Shown here piece after piece: positions 35,961 through 49,842 of a DNA stretch of 63,920 nucleotides. Source of the DNA: Octopus bimaculoides (taxonomy: Eukaryota); assembly GCF_001194135.2 (NCBI RefSeq), contig NC_068982.1:4436193-4500112 (forward strand), given 5' to 3'. Made by a program: the position numbers and the translations under genes. Below the pieces are notes generated by a model. It was not told where the DNA came from. It saw only the letters and a list, made by a program, of their open reading frames with translations, and made no database searches. Numbering within the stretch: position 1 is the stretch's first letter; every line of letters starts with the position of its first letter.

Positions 35961-36255
35961 CAGAAAAACAAAAGACGAAGACAGGTGTATAAACAACAAA
36001 CGGGTGTATTAGCTTGACGCTCGGGAAGGTGAGAAAATCTTTTACATTTAGAGCCTACGCTCTTCAACAGACAGGAACACGAGGAAATAAACAGAGAAAG
36101 AATAAAAGGAACTTGTGGATTTAACGGTCAATTTGTTTATATATATATGAAGGGTTTCTTTCAGTTTCCTTCTACCAAAAACACCCAACAAAATTTCAGG
36201 GCTTGTGTCTATAGTAGAAAAGATTATTATTGTTATTATCATTATTATGGTGCTT

Positions 36256-36475
36256 AATGCGGCGAGCTGGCAGAATCGTTAACGCGCCTGACAAAATGCT
36301 TAGCGGCATTTCGTCCGTCTTTACGTTCTGGGTTCAAATTCCGCCGAGGTCGACTTTGCTTTTCATCCTTTTCGGGTCAATAAATGAAGTATCAGTCAAG
36401 CATTGGGGTTGATGTGATCGACTGTCCCACTCCACACAAATTCCAGGCCTTGTACCTATATTAGAAAGGATTATT
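36256..36475 (+). mobile_element. SINE family A, full length
   Basis: GCGGCGAGCTGGCAGAATCGTTAACGCGCC...GGGTTCAAATTCCGCCGAGGTCGAC...TAGAAAGGATTATT. Confidence 0.9.
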
Positions 36476-37195
36476 GTATTGTGTTTGCAAGTAACAGACG
36501 TCGATTCGGCGCTCGTTTGTTTGTTTTCGAATGTTTGTTTTCGAATTGTGTAATTTTGAATAGAGTAATTGTTTGTTCTTGTTGTACTATTTTGGCATTG
36601 AACCAACTTGTATCTATTGAGATTAGTTGTCTTCACGAAATTTTCGTCACATCGTGACAATTTTTGATAGTTTAAGAAGCGAAAGTAAAAATGACATCTC
36701 AAACCGAGGGAGGAAATGTTGAGAGAGCCATTAACAGAGAATATTTGAATGACAATAACAACGACAGCAACAATAAGAAAGATGACAAAAACAATATAAA
36801 TGAAAAAGGAACGCGAAAGCAACACTCATCACATCTCACATCTCACACTGCTACAACTACTAGCAAGAACATTGAAACATATTCGATTTCCACCGCCACA
36901 ACCACCACCACCACCGACGCCGCCACTACTGCCATCGCCACCACCACAAGGACAATAAGATGATAAACACTAAAACTTGCTAAGTGGAAATGGACTCGCA
37001 AATGTATGCAGAAAACCAGAATTAGTTTTGTTTATCTGAAGAAGAGAGATGTTGTAAGTCATCTCATTAAAAATAGCAGAAGAAAGAAAGGAATAAATTC
37101 AAGATGGCACCCAACGAAGCGACTGGAGCGAGCAACGTAAGCTGAGCTGAAAAGTGATTGATGACTTATTCCTGATTCTAATATACCATTCTTTT

Positions 37196-37592
37196 TTTCT
37201 TTTATTCTGTTACTTGTTTCAATCATTTGATTACAGCCATGCTGGGGCACCGCATCGAAGAATTCTTAGTCGAATGAATCGACCCCAGTATAGTTTTTTA
37301 AGCCCGGTATTCATTCTATCAATCTCTTATACCAAACTCTAACTTATGAGGACATAAATACATCTACACTGGTTGTCAAGTGGTGGTGGTCGGGGACACT
37401 CACACAAAGACACACACACGCACACACACACACACATACATACACACACTTATTTGACTAATTTTTTTCAGTTTCTCTCAACCAGATTCGCTTACAAGGA
37501 TTTGATCGGCCGGAGGCTATAGTAGAAGACAAAGTGCCACAGTGTGGCTGAACCCAGAACCATGTGGATGAGAAGTAACACAGCCACGCCTA
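37196..37592 (-). mobile_element. SINE family B, full length, diverged
   Basis: TTACTTGTTTCAATCATTTGA...(CA)n...GGAGGCTATAGTAGAAGAC...ACAGCCACGCCTA. Confidence 0.85.
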
Positions 37593-40094
37593 CAATTATT
37601 GTCGGAGTGTGGCAAAAATAAAAGCGTTGAAGTACTATGTGAAGTAGATACCTCCTTGTTTGTGGCGGCCGTAATATAAGGTAAAGCAAAACAAGAATTC
37701 TACAAGTTCAGTCTAAGAAAGGATATAGGAATGGAACTATTAATCTAAGTAGATCAAGTAAACATAAAGCCCATCCCTGACTCGATCAACTCCCAAGTAG
37801 CTGGAAGCTGTCGTCGCTGTTGAGAGCAGAATATGAGATATCATATATTTATGGGGATGCAAGCCATCTAAAAGCTTTCTGCCCACTGTAAAAAAAACAA
37901 CCAAAAACAACCACAGCGCTACCAAAAACAACAACAAGAGAAAGACATTCCACAAAAACTGAAGTAGACATCAACAAAACAACACGGGAGAAAAAGTATC
38001 GCCAACACCACAACCCAATGAAACCCAATCTAGAGTAACGAGTCTTTCAGGTCGGCAATTCACGATACGCCAGTCACATGCACTGTCGCACTGGGAACGG
38101 CTGGTGTTAATCCCATCTGCCCGAGGAGGACGTATTGATGCGGTGCGACGGCGGGAAAAACACACAGACACACACACTCGTCGTCACCAACGAGCTCACC
38201 TTTCATAATTGCTACTTGCATTGGCAATAACTACCACACTACAAATATGATTACACGCAATTGCCCTGACATACCTCTTCTGCCACAAGTTTATTTCATA
38301 ACGAAAACTCACCTGGTGAGCGAATCTTTTGCAAATAACAAAACACCAGAATGGATATTTTGGGCAAGAGAAACCCAAGTAAGATATAACGACTGAAAGC
38401 AATATCTGAAAGCAGTGAAAATGTTTCAGCAGGATCATCCAGATCGCATTTAGATGGAGTTCTCTGCACACAGTAGTTAGGGATAGCATATATTGTCCAG
38501 AATTTACAATGGCAGGCTACATAGACCACAAATTTATAATTTCTGCGGTTGACCTAAATAGAATTCATAGATAGGGACCCGGCTACTTGAAGCTGAACGG
38601 CTCTTTCTTGGTGCGGCAATCTTACAGAGACAGGATGAGTAAATTAGTTAAGCAGCCTATAACAGGAGCAATCGTCAACAGCAGATGGTGGCTCACCCCC
38701 GAAAAGCGATTAAAGCAGAATCGATAACGTGCAAACTTATACTACATCGTATCTTGTTTTAAATGTAGACATTGACATGGCTACTGACTCGAAAGTATTA
38801 GGGAATATATTCGGACTTGATACGTGTGCGCAACCAGAAAAGTTGTTAAATTTTCATTGAACTAGTTACATTTTCTGCGTACTATGTAGCGGCTTTTCTA
38901 GTTTTAGCTTTGAAACTGTGCGTAGTTAGTCATTGTTGCTGCGCAGCAAAAATCAAGCCTGTCTCATTTTTAGAACAGATACCTTGAGCCATTGTTTGCT
39001 TTCATTTCTGTTGACTTTTTCTCGATTGAATTTTGTGGGTATGGACTATGCAAATGTTTTTCTCTCCACTTCTACTTTAGAATATTTTAGAATTCCCTAT
39101 TTACATTGTAATCTCAGATGGCGTTTTATTCATTTAAACGTTTATCTTCAATACAGTTAGTTTGTGTTGTATTGTTTTTCCTGTTCCCTTATTGTTACAC
39201 TAATTAGAGTCCATTTACGTGCTTCCAAGTTTTCCCAAAACCTGTTGTTGCTATTTTACAATTTTATAAAAGTCTTGTGCGTATATTAAATGCTGCTCTC
39301 AATGAACGAATACTGTGTATGTGTATATATACACATAGTGGCATATATATAAATATATGTATGTATATATATATGTATATATATATATATGTATATATNN
39401 NNNNNNNNNNNNNNNNNNNNNNNNNNNNNNNNNNNNNNNNNNNNNNNNNNNNNNNNNNNNNNNNNNNNNNNNNNNNNNNNNNNNNNNNNNNNNNNNNNNN
39501 NNNNNNNNNNNNNNNNNNNNNNNNNNNNNNNNNNNNNNNNNNNNNNNNNNNNNNNNNNNNNNNNNNNNNNNNNNNNNNNNNNNNNNNNNNNNNNNNNNNN
39601 NNNNNNNNNNNNNNNNNNNNNNNNNNNNNNNNNNNNNNNNNNNNNNNNNNNNNNNNNNNNNNNNNNNNNNNNNNNNNNNNNNNNNNNNNNNNNNNNNNNN
39701 NNNNNNNNNNNNNNNNNNNNNNNNNNNNNNNNNNNNNNNNNATATATATATCTGTCTCTTGTTGGTCACTTATATTCTACTTCCTCCCCTTCTTCTCCTT
39801 CTACCACTCTTTCTTCCTACCCCTCGCTGGTCACATGTGTCCAGCTACTAATTCTTTTCAATATCTCGGTCCAGCCAAGCACACACGAACATTCCTCGTC
39901 CCGCTTCCTTCCAGTTCCTGCTTCACAGCGTTCAATATACACATTACTTTTTCACGTCTGGCGTCTGGCTGTACAGCCTTCTTTGTTTGTTTCTTTCACT
40001 GTTTCGCTTTCCTGTCTTGTTCTCTGTCCGCCACTACATTCCTGCATGGAACAAATTTAATTTGTGTCCGTGGGAAGAGCCATTGTAACGATGC

Positions 40095-40215
40095 GTCCTG
40101 CCCTAACTCTTCGAAACGCCAGTGTTATAATGGTGGCAGCTGATGAAGGATATGTTCTCTATGTGGCCTGTGTGTTTTTTGTACCTTGTTTATCATTTTG
40201 TTCATGTTATTTTGC
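40095..40215 (+). repeat. Interspersed repeat homologous to 9885-10130
   Basis: CTTCGAAACGCC...GCTGATGAAGGATATGTTCTCTATGTGGCCTGT. Confidence 0.45.
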
Positions 40216-40303
40216 AACCTCATGTACCCAGATATACATCTATATATACATGTAGATGAAGGTATATACATACATGTACATATATATGCATATACTCATA
40301 TAT

Positions 40304-40354
<51 letters not shown>

Positions 40355-42739
40355 GGGGGGGGTGTATAGTGAATCTTGCTGGTGTCACATAGTTTCAGAC
40401 CAGCTCATACTTGAAATGCTATTGAAGTTTTCTTCGTAATCTTTTAATCCATTATTTTATTGTGATAAGATAAAACAATTTTCTTCAATATTTTCTTCTC
40501 GCATGCTTGAGATTCTCTTAATGCTTATAGTATCTTGCAATTATTATATTTTTTCGTTATTTATAATTTTGTAAAATTGTTTGGCATTTGAATAACATAC
40601 ATGTTCTTTGGGAGAAGGGCTCAAGGTTTTTATAGAGCATTATACTTAATACCAATGCCTTTGCAAAATTGATTTTATGATTTTTTGTTTTTTTTTCATT
40701 CATATTAAGTTTCTTCCGTATCAGTTGGGTTCTTCTCTTTTCTATGCTAGATCCTTTCTTTTTAGCATTTCATTTATTAGACACAGGACATCCTTTTTAT
40801 TCATTTTATATCGTATATTTTCTTTGCATACTTTTTTTTAGTGTGGTTTTCTATCAGGCCTGGCACCCTTCAGTGATACCACTATTAGTGCAAAGACTAT
40901 CGCACTGAGTTCGTTGAAAATAGCATAATTATTTTTCTAAGGAGAGATTTTCTTGCGTGGGTCTGACCCATTTATTCATTTGTAAAACTGCTTGCTCGAT
41001 CCATGTTCATCGATTTTGTTATGTTCTCTTCTATCTTCTTTCTTGTTTCTTTCAGGCCTTCTACGCCGTTAATCTAGTTGATACGATATGATGTCTGTCT
41101 TTATTGTTTCACTTTTATTGAAGCATCTTGCGATTCAATGGTGACTTCAATGATCTTTATCCTCATTTTGGATTTGAATCCGTTCAATTTTCTATCCGAT
41201 ATGATTGACCGTAATGCATTGTTTTCTTCATTGTCTGATGAATTCTGTGCTATCTTCATTGGTTTAGGGCTCAATTATTGTATGTGTGATTGTTTATCTT
41301 ATGCTTTTTTCTTTTGTGTAATCTTACGCGGCCATTAGTTTATATATTTTTTTTAACGTTCAACCGGTTGTTGCTTTATTTTCAGCGCGTCTCACTGTTA
41401 TTCTCTTCCAATATTTGCTTTATTGTTGTTATGTATTACATATCTCCGTACGTCTCAAGCGTATGCGTTTATATATTTCAATTCCTTGTGACTCATGGTT
41501 CCCTTTAATAGTGCCTATGTATATTGAATATAATGTTGATATATAACAACAATGTAGATTTTCGCCATACTCTTCGTTGATCCACCGGTGTTTTATTTTA
41601 TTTTGGGCGTTAACATAAATGCACCAGCATTTTTGTTGCCTGAAACGGATAACAGTTCATTTATAAAGCATTGCATTTCACATAAAATATTTACTAAGGA
41701 GAAAATGAGGGCCTGTAAAGAACTTGCAATTTGCTACATTTCAAATTGTAGAATTCTTTCAGTGACCAAACTGTAGTTTGGCGACGAAAAGTTTGTCACC
41801 TCAAAAAAAAAAATAAACGGAAAGTAAATTTAACAACATTTGTGTAATTTTTTATGCTTAAAATAGCTCCACCATGATATAATTGCTCTAATTTCAGCAG
41901 TCAATCTCAGATTAAATCACTTTGTTAGACAAATACAATCATTAAATCTTGTTTACCTACGCACTAATCTTCATCTAAACGATACATTTTGTGCGTAATA
42001 ATCACTTGTAATAAAATAGATAACAGTTGTACTTACTGAGACCATTTCATTTTGAATGTGTTCAAATGTTTGTTTCTTTATATAATTTACTTGCTTCAAA
42101 AGCTTACTTTCTCGTTTGCACGCTTGTTGAGTATTACTTAATACATTTTTATGTGCTGCAATCAGTCGTAAGTCATAAAATAAGGATTAGTTTTACACAC
42201 TGTGATCCTTATGAAAGAACTTTCCTGTTTTTCGTTAATTTTGGTATTGATATTTGTGATATTTTTATAATTCATTGATTATTATTGTTTTTAAATGATA
42301 CGTTTCCACACCTGCGTTGTTGCTTGGCTCGGAGTCGGTTGAAGTTTGGATTAAAGTTTGTTTCTATAACTTCAAGACCTGCTGGGGGACACCTCGGTGT
42401 TATTTTCCATCGGGAATCGATGAAATATACACCAACGATAATCTTGTTCTTGATTCAATAGATTACATTTCTGCATCAGAAATGTTTAAAAGATTTTGTG
42501 TTTTCCAGAACAAAGACTGCGACTTATGAATAATTTTTTTCGGAAATATATCTTTGTTGTTGTTAGAAATCAATTTAATGGGAATAAATTCCTCTTCTAT
42601 AAAATTTGGTGTCGTACAAATATAGATAACATCATCGTCAACATTAATATTAGTTAAAAAGATATTGATTTATTGTTAAAAAACCCCCACTTATTATTTG
42701 TTTTTATCTCTCGTTCTCAGTTGTTATGTCGGTTCGCCC

Positions 42740-43120
42740 TGCTGAATAGGAAGGAACATCCCACGACCTTAGGTATCCACCATCTTTCTGAAGATTCTCG
42801 CTGTCCCTGGTTAACAGAATTCTTGCGTAACAGATGCGCCGATGACAAGTGGCATTATCTTTACGTTTTTACATTCCCATTGCATCCTAACCACGTTAAG
42901 GAGAATGCTGTATCCACCCTTTTACATTCAGAAGATGTCTTGTGGAAGTTAATGTTGTAGAGGTGAGAGGGTTCCATGATCTTATCTGTCTGCAGTTTAC
43001 AATCCAACATGATCTTTGCATTTTAATTTGGCAGGACCTTCCCCACCTTTTGCTCAAACCACTTTTCGGAAGAAGGGAAATTTTACTTCTTACAGGTCTC
43101 CCAATGTACGACATTCGTCA
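42740..43120 (-). mobile_element. Old R4/Dong-like REL-endonuclease remnant
   Basis: VVHWETCKK...KWFEQKVGKVL...KIMLDCKLQTD (cf. VHWxLCKK...KWYEH...KILWDFxIQTD) and IMPLVIGA. Confidence 0.65.
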
Positions 43121-43174
43121 TTCCCACATCCATACCCCTATGGATAATAAAAGAAATCATCATCATCATCATCA

Positions 43175-43220
<46 letters not shown>

Positions 43221-43225
43221 TATTA

Positions 43226-43869
43226 TTGTTGTTGCTGTTGTTGTTGCCTTTGCACAGCTTCTAACGCTGGATATGCACTAAGAGCACTCCGTCGGTTACG
43301 ACGACGAGGGTCCCAGCTGATACGATCAACGAAATAGCTTTCTCGTGAAATTAACGTGCAAGTGACTGAACAATCCACAGACACGTGGACCCTTAACGTA
43401 GTTCTCAGGGAGATTCAGCGTGATGCAGAGTGTGACAAGGCCAGCCCTTTGAAATACAGGTATTACTCATTTTTGCCAGCTGAGTGGACTGGAGTAATGT
43501 GAAATAAAGTGTCTTGCTCAAGGACACAACGCGTCGCCGAGAATTGAACTCACGACCTTACGACTGTGAGCTGAACTCCCTAACCACTAAGCCACGCGCC
43601 TTCACTGGAGATGTACTACAGTGTCAGCTGTTTACTACCAGTGAACTAAGGTAATTCCTCTTATTTTTCGAGCACCTTCCGGAGTATTCGAGCGGTTTCA
43701 AGCAGTGCTGTCTTCTGCAAGTGCTCCACCCTTATTGCAGCCCCTATTTGTTCCAAGTACTTCTGTTTCCTTACATTTCACCCTCGAATCGCCTGGTATT
43801 GCAACATCTATTATCTTTACTTCTTTTTCATCTTTATGGATGAGAACGATATCTGGTCGTCTCGCCTCT
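43226..43869 (-). mobile_element. R4/Dong-like LINE 3' end with (TAA)n tail, interrupted by a family-C SINE
   Basis: RRPDIVLIHKDEKEVKIIDVAIPGDSRV (PD..D REL motif) and LQKTALLETARILRKVLEK* (stop 43661-43663). The 3' UTR resumes at 43226-43280 and runs into (TTA)n. Confidence 0.85.
43281..43604 (-). mobile_element. SINE family C, full length, 14-bp TSD
   Basis: CTGGATATGCACTA (43267-43280) versus CTGGAGATGTACTA (43605-43618); the body GCACTCCGTCGGTTACGACGACGAGGG...CTAACCACTAAGCCACGCGCC. Confidence 0.93.
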
Positions 43870-44000
43870 NNNNNNNNNNNNNNNNNNNNNNNNNNNNNNN
43901 NNNNNNNNNNNNNNNNNNNNNNNNNNNNNNNNNNNNNNNNNNNNNNNNNNNNNNNNNNNNNNNNNNNNNNNNNNNNNNNNNNNNNNNNNNNNNNNNNNNN

Positions 44001-44047
44001 CTCCTCCTCCTCCTCATCATCATCATCATTATCATCATCATTATTAC

Positions 44048-44115
<68 letters not shown>
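44001..44115 (+). repeat. (TCC)(TCA)(TTA)n compound microsatellite
   Basis: Read directly. Confidence 0.95.
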
Positions 44116-44117
<2 letters not shown>

Positions 44118-44749
44118 ACATTATTACGTTATTTACAAATGTTTTGAAGTGCACCCTGCAAATAAATTGATGTGAGTAACTGCAGCGAGGGTGGATATAT
44201 GATACTTATCACTTTCAAACCATTGTATGTTAATGCCACTGAAATTTTTGAATAAAATAAAGAAATTTAAACGTGTATTTTCATGAGAATGTGGTAGAAT
44301 GATGTATTTTTTATGATGCGTCAGAATATTGATTTGGTGAGTGTTTCCTTTGAAAATGTATCTGTTTAGATACAGTATGATATATGTACACATTCGCTCA
44401 TACAAATAGGTTGGCGTAATCTCCAGCCTATATTCATATATATGAATGTAGTACTTCGGCATGACATGAGTTGTCATGGCTGAAGCAAACTAAACGCCTA
44501 CACACACGCACACACACACAGACACACCTAAGGAAAGAGAAAGAGAGATAGACAGATAAATAGATACTTCCGGCAGTCGTTTACCACGTCTAACAGAGGA
44601 GGTTGAAAATGGGTGCAATTTAAAAATTACTGACAATCAATTTATATGTATGTATGTATGTATGTATGTATTTATGTATGTATGTATGTATGTATGCATA
44701 TGTAAGCACACACACATATAGATATACATACATACTGATATATATATAT

Positions 44750-45031
44750 ATCTTTTAACTTTTGTTTCAGTCATTGGACAACGGCCATGCTGTAGCACCG
44801 CATTGAAAGTTTTAGTCGAACAAATCGTTCCCGGTACTCATGTTTTTAAGCCTGGTATTTATTTTTCATCGGTATGAGTTTGCCGAACGGCAAGGATACG
44901 AGGAGGTAAACAAACCAACACCAGTTGTCAAGCAGTTGTGGGGGAGGGGCAAACAAACATACACAGTGACACAGTGGGACTGAATCGCAAATTACGTAGT
45001 TGGGAAGTAAGCTCTCACCACACAGCTACGT
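44750..45031 (-). mobile_element. SINE family B with an internal deletion
   Basis: TTTGTTTCAGTCATTGGACAACGGCCATGC...TTGTCAAGC, joined to ACAGTGGGACTGAA...CCACACAGCTACG. Confidence 0.75.
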
Positions 45032-46025
45032 TGATGTCTTTTATCCTGTTTGGGCTTCATATGTGTTTGTGTATAAGTGATAGTGTATGTTTGAATATGA
45101 TCTGCCTTTTTGGCTTTCCGGCTTTCCGGCATTTGTTGCTGAAGAAGAGATAACCATTTCGAAATGCATGCATTCAACAGTCTGCCTAAGGAGCTCTTGG
45201 AACTGACCCCGTGTGTTTACACCTATTTGTCTACAGCTTTCATAAGGGTTTAAACATACCTGAAGCACATTCGAACTGGTAATAAGTTTGTATTTATACA
45301 CATCACTGCTTAGCGCTGTCAGCCCGAATCATATTTCTTACTGATTGCAAAACATTTCGTCCCTTCATAATATTTCATGGTTCTCTCTCTATATTTGATG
45401 AAATTTATTTTTTAGCTTTAGTTTCATATATTCTGCTCTTTGTTAGTTTCTCCTTTGTCCACTTTTCACTTGATCTCACCTGTAGCTGCCTCACTCTAAA
45501 GTAATTCTCATCACCGGCAACAAAACCTTTCACATCCTCTTATACCAGCTTTCTCTTCCATATCACCTAATCGCCAAATCATCCATTCACACCCAAGTCA
45601 TTCTTACATCGTTCGTTCACATCAATCCCATCCCAAATTGGGAAAACTGCTTTGTATTTTCCGCATTGAGAGGAAGAGGTTGCCGTAAAGCCTGTATTCA
45701 ACCCTTGTCATTGCAATGGAATTGAAATAATTCTTCAATGAAATTTTCAATATTCTATTATTATTCATTTATTAGCATCTGCTATATAGATGCGGCAATG
45801 CACTTCACGCTTTAAATTCTTCGGCAAGTACTGCATTGCGCGTTTGACTCTTGCAATTAGATTTTTTGTTATTTTTGTTTCAGGCTGTTCTTTTAAGTTG
45901 TACATCTATACACACATGATTACAAAGACATACACACACGCATCTGTATAAATTATATTTTAAATCTATATCAATCATTTTTTATTATAGCTAATAAATA
46001 ATCGAACTCACATACCTACCTACAT

Positions 46026-46067
<42 letters not shown>

Positions 46068-46458
46068 GAATGCGTGTGTATATATATATATATANNNNNN
46101 NNNNNNNNNNNNNNNNNNNNNNNNNNNNNNNNNNNNNNNNNNNNNNNNNNNNNNNNNNNNNNNNNNNNNNNNNNNNNNNNNNNNNNNNNNNNNNNNNNNN
46201 NNNNNNNNNNNNNNNNNNNNNNNNNNNNNNNNNNNNNNNNNNNNNNNNNNNNNNNNNNNNNNNNNNNNNNNNNNNNNNNNNNNNNNNNNNNNNNNNNNNN
46301 NNNNNNNNNNNNNNNNNNNNNNNNNNNNNNNNNNNNNNNNNNNNNNNNNNNNNNNNNNNNNNNNNNNNNNNNNNNNNNNNNNNNNNNNNNNNNNNNNNNN
46401 NNNNNNNNNNNNNNNNNNNNNNNNNNNNNNNNNNNNNNNNNNNNNNNNNNNNNNNNNN

Positions 46459-46710
46459 AGCCAGTCCAGGGGCACTGGCAACGATCTCACTTGAAAATCC
46501 TACGGGAGCCAGTCAGGCAGTACTGGCAACGGCCACGCTCAAAATGGTGCATCTCATGTGCCACCCGCACAAGAGCCAGTCCAGGGGCACTGGCAACGAT
46601 CTTACTTGGCTTGCCGGGTCTTCTCACGCACAGCACATTTCCAAAGGTCTCGGTCAGTAGTCATCGCCTCGGTGAGGCCCAATGTACGAAAGTCTTGCCT
46701 CACCACCTCA
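46459..46710. repeat. Unclassified interspersed repeat with an internal 115-bp periodicity
   Basis: AGCCAGTCCAGGGGCACTGGCAACGATCT at 46459-46487 and 46574-46602, with a variant copy at about 46508-46537. Confidence 0.6.
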
Positions 46711-46810
46711 GCCCATATATACATGTATGTATGTATGTATGTATGTATGAGTGTGTGTGTGTCTGTGCGTGTGTGCGCGCGCGCATGATGTAGTTAGTTC
46801 CACAATTTCT

Positions 46811-46976
46811 ATAGACGCATGCGTAGCTATGTGTTAAGAAGCTTGCTTTACAGCTACATGGTTCCAGGTTCAGTGTCACTGCGTGGCACTTTGGGCAGGT
46901 GTCTTCTACTAAAGCCTCCGGCTGACCAAAGCCGTCACGGTGGATTTGGTAGACGGAAACTGAAAGAAGCGTGTCG

Positions 46977-47057
<81 letters not shown>

Positions 47058-47320
47058 ATGTGTGTGTGTGTGTGTGCGCGCGCGCGTGTGTGTGTGTGTG
47101 CGTGCGTGTATGCTTGTCTCCCACTACCGCTTGAGAATCGGTGTTGGTTTGTTCCGTCCCCATAATTTGGCGGTTTGGCAACAGAGACCAATAGAAGTAC
47201 CAGGCTTGAATAAAAGAAGGTATTGGGTTCGAGTCATTCGACTAAAAAATTCTTCAAGATGGTGCCCTAGCATGTCCGCAGTCTAATGACTAAAACAAGT
47301 GAAGATAAAGGATAAAAGAT
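46811..47320 (+). mobile_element. SINE family B, full length, with an expanded (TA)n(TG)n interior
   Basis: ATAGACGCATGCGTAGCTATGTGTTAAGAAGCTTGC...GACGGAAACTGAAAGAAGC...CAGTCTAATGACTAAAACAAGT. Confidence 0.9.
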
Positions 47321-47333
47321 GCACACACACACC

Positions 47334-47410
<77 letters not shown>

Positions 47411-49601
47411 TTATTTATATATATATATATCATATATATATCCATATTTATAAAGAGAATTTTTTTCGGATGGAAGCTTTATATTTTATTAATGCATTGC
47501 TACATATACTTCTGCATGACACGTGTTTGTTTATGACTAGATTCTCACATCCATAGGATATTATGAAATATTATTTATAATATCTATGAATCTTAAGGGA
47601 ATCCATAGATACTATAAATATTTAATAATATCCGATGGACAGGAGAATGTAATCACAAACAAACACGTGCCATGCGGAAACATATGTAGCAATGCATTAA
47701 TAAAATATAAAATTTTCCATTTGAAAAATTTCTTTTTATTAATATATTTATCCTACGCTATATGGAGTGAAGCATACATAACAATCCCATGCGGTCACTC
47801 CGGGAAATGTGAATAATAAGCGGTAGCCAGCAATATGTAGCATAGGATTTTTTTACGAGTGCACTTGAAGGCATCTGCGTAAACAAATTACAATGCTATA
47901 TATATACATATATATATTTTATATATTTTAGACAATATATACGCATAAACCTCCCGTTATTGTTACAAATACTGATAGATTACACTAATTATGCGCAATT
48001 TGATATCAATAAATACAAATTTAATCGTGAAGCAATTGTCCATGGTATCAGAGACATGTATGCGTGACGTTCATATTCCAACTTCCGAAACAGTTCCTCG
48101 ATAAACTTCTACAACTTACAATGAAGCTTGCAAAAGAAGCTGCCGCTAGGACGATGATGTAGACTGGAACAGTACTATGGAGGCGGCTGCACCCATACGT
48201 CCTCCAAGGCAAATGGGTGGGGGGGGGCTACTTTGTTATTATATTTCGTTGTTTTCATATTTTAATTCTCAACAGCTTTCACATAATCAACGGAACAACA
48301 TGATTGCGACATACTGTATCAAAGCAAATACTTCGAGGTTACATATGCCATATACGACTAGGCATTGATGCTCTTTGAAAATGCTATACAGTCCATGGTT
48401 GGCTTGATCTCTAAGTAAACAGTGCAGCCTACCAGCAGCAGTGTAAACTGTAGCTACTATTCTTAGGTGGAAGACAACCACTTGGTACATCCAGGAACCT
48501 AAAAAGTATATCTACCATCATAAATGTAAATAAGAGATTATACAAGGCTGAAACAATTTGTGACAACCTACTGTAGAGGAATAAACTCCCTTTAATCTTT
48601 TGAAGGAACAGGTAAAACATTTTTGTTTAATTTTGGCAAAAATTCTTTCGCTGAATTAGATTACCACTGAGGTGCCACGAGTGTATTTGCTTCAGCTTTG
48701 TTCACAAGTGGCAGAACTTTTCATTATTCATTTTAACTTCCATTCACACTCGCACACAGTGTTAGGCATGGGTAAAAATTTAGGCAAAGGGTTTAGGAAG
48801 TGGTTACTGGAAAATTCGCCGTAAAAAAAAAGAAAAAAAATTGCAAAAAAGAAAAGATTAGCTGATGTCTTAAAATGGCAACTTCATTTCCTCACCTGCC
48901 AATTAGAGAAAGGTAATTTCTTTAAAACGTGTTATCTAGTGTATGGTCTACTTGTGTATCTCCTTTACGGTAAAATTTCCTACGGCAAATTTTCCCATGA
49001 CAAAAATGTTAACGGCGAATTTTCCGAATACGCTAGAAAACCAGAGACTCTGATGCAGGTCTAGTTGAAAGTATGAGATGACTGCACGATCTCTCAGTTG
49101 AATATGAGTCACTCTACTGCATCTTAGAATATTTCAGAGGAAAGACTAACATCGACATTAGAGTCATAGAGTTGTTCTCTGGTGATGCCTCAAAGAACCC
49201 TTTATTTGAAACTTGTGATATTATTCCAGTGACTTTACTCAGTAAAGCATTTGTGTTTCTGTTGCATTTCTTTATGGGTTGGATAATATATATTTTCTAT
49301 TACTCGAAAATATATAAAGTACAACACAAGCATAGAGATTTCGGAAACCACAAAATGAATATTGTCAGTAAGCATAGGCTCAATAGCCTCACATATCATA
49401 CACGTGTGAGGGAATCAACTTCAAACATGTATCTGAATTACAGTAACAAATAGAAAACAGTAAAATATCAAAATTTGTTACAATTTAGGTCATTTAATTT
49501 AACAAAAAAGGGATTTCTACATATACGGCTCCCAGGCAACACCAGCCACTTCACAAATGTGTGTATGTATAATATATTTATATATGTACACAGGAAACTA
49601 A

Positions 49602-49664
<63 letters not shown>

Positions 49665-49793
49665 ATATATATTTATATGCACATACACACACACATGAAT
49701 ATTGATGTAAAGATTATATTTAAACACACATATACACATATACATCTATCCATCTCGGTCTCTGTCTACCTTTCTCTCTCTCTCTCTCTCTCC

Positions 49794-49842
<49 letters not shown>

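Noticed and set aside
39750-40095. Purine-rich minus-strand stretch that looks like decayed coding sequence (possible second ORF1 relic)
   Set aside because: Stops occur in all frames and I could not align any motif with the 33319-33747 ORF1.
40400-41300. T-rich stretch suggestive of an old minus-strand LINE (endonuclease region)
   Set aside because: Only a vague KIIEV-like word was found; there is no diagnostic motif, so it cannot be supported without an HMM search.
43530-43604. tRNA-like sequences with A/B boxes at SINE heads (families A, B, C)
   Set aside because: No complete cloverleaf or acceptor stem, and they are always fused to SINE bodies. These are tRNA-derived SINE heads, not tRNA genes.
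45130-45260. FNSLPKEL-like word suggesting a CR1/L2 C-terminal remnant
   Set aside because: A single short motif with no supporting flanking similarity.
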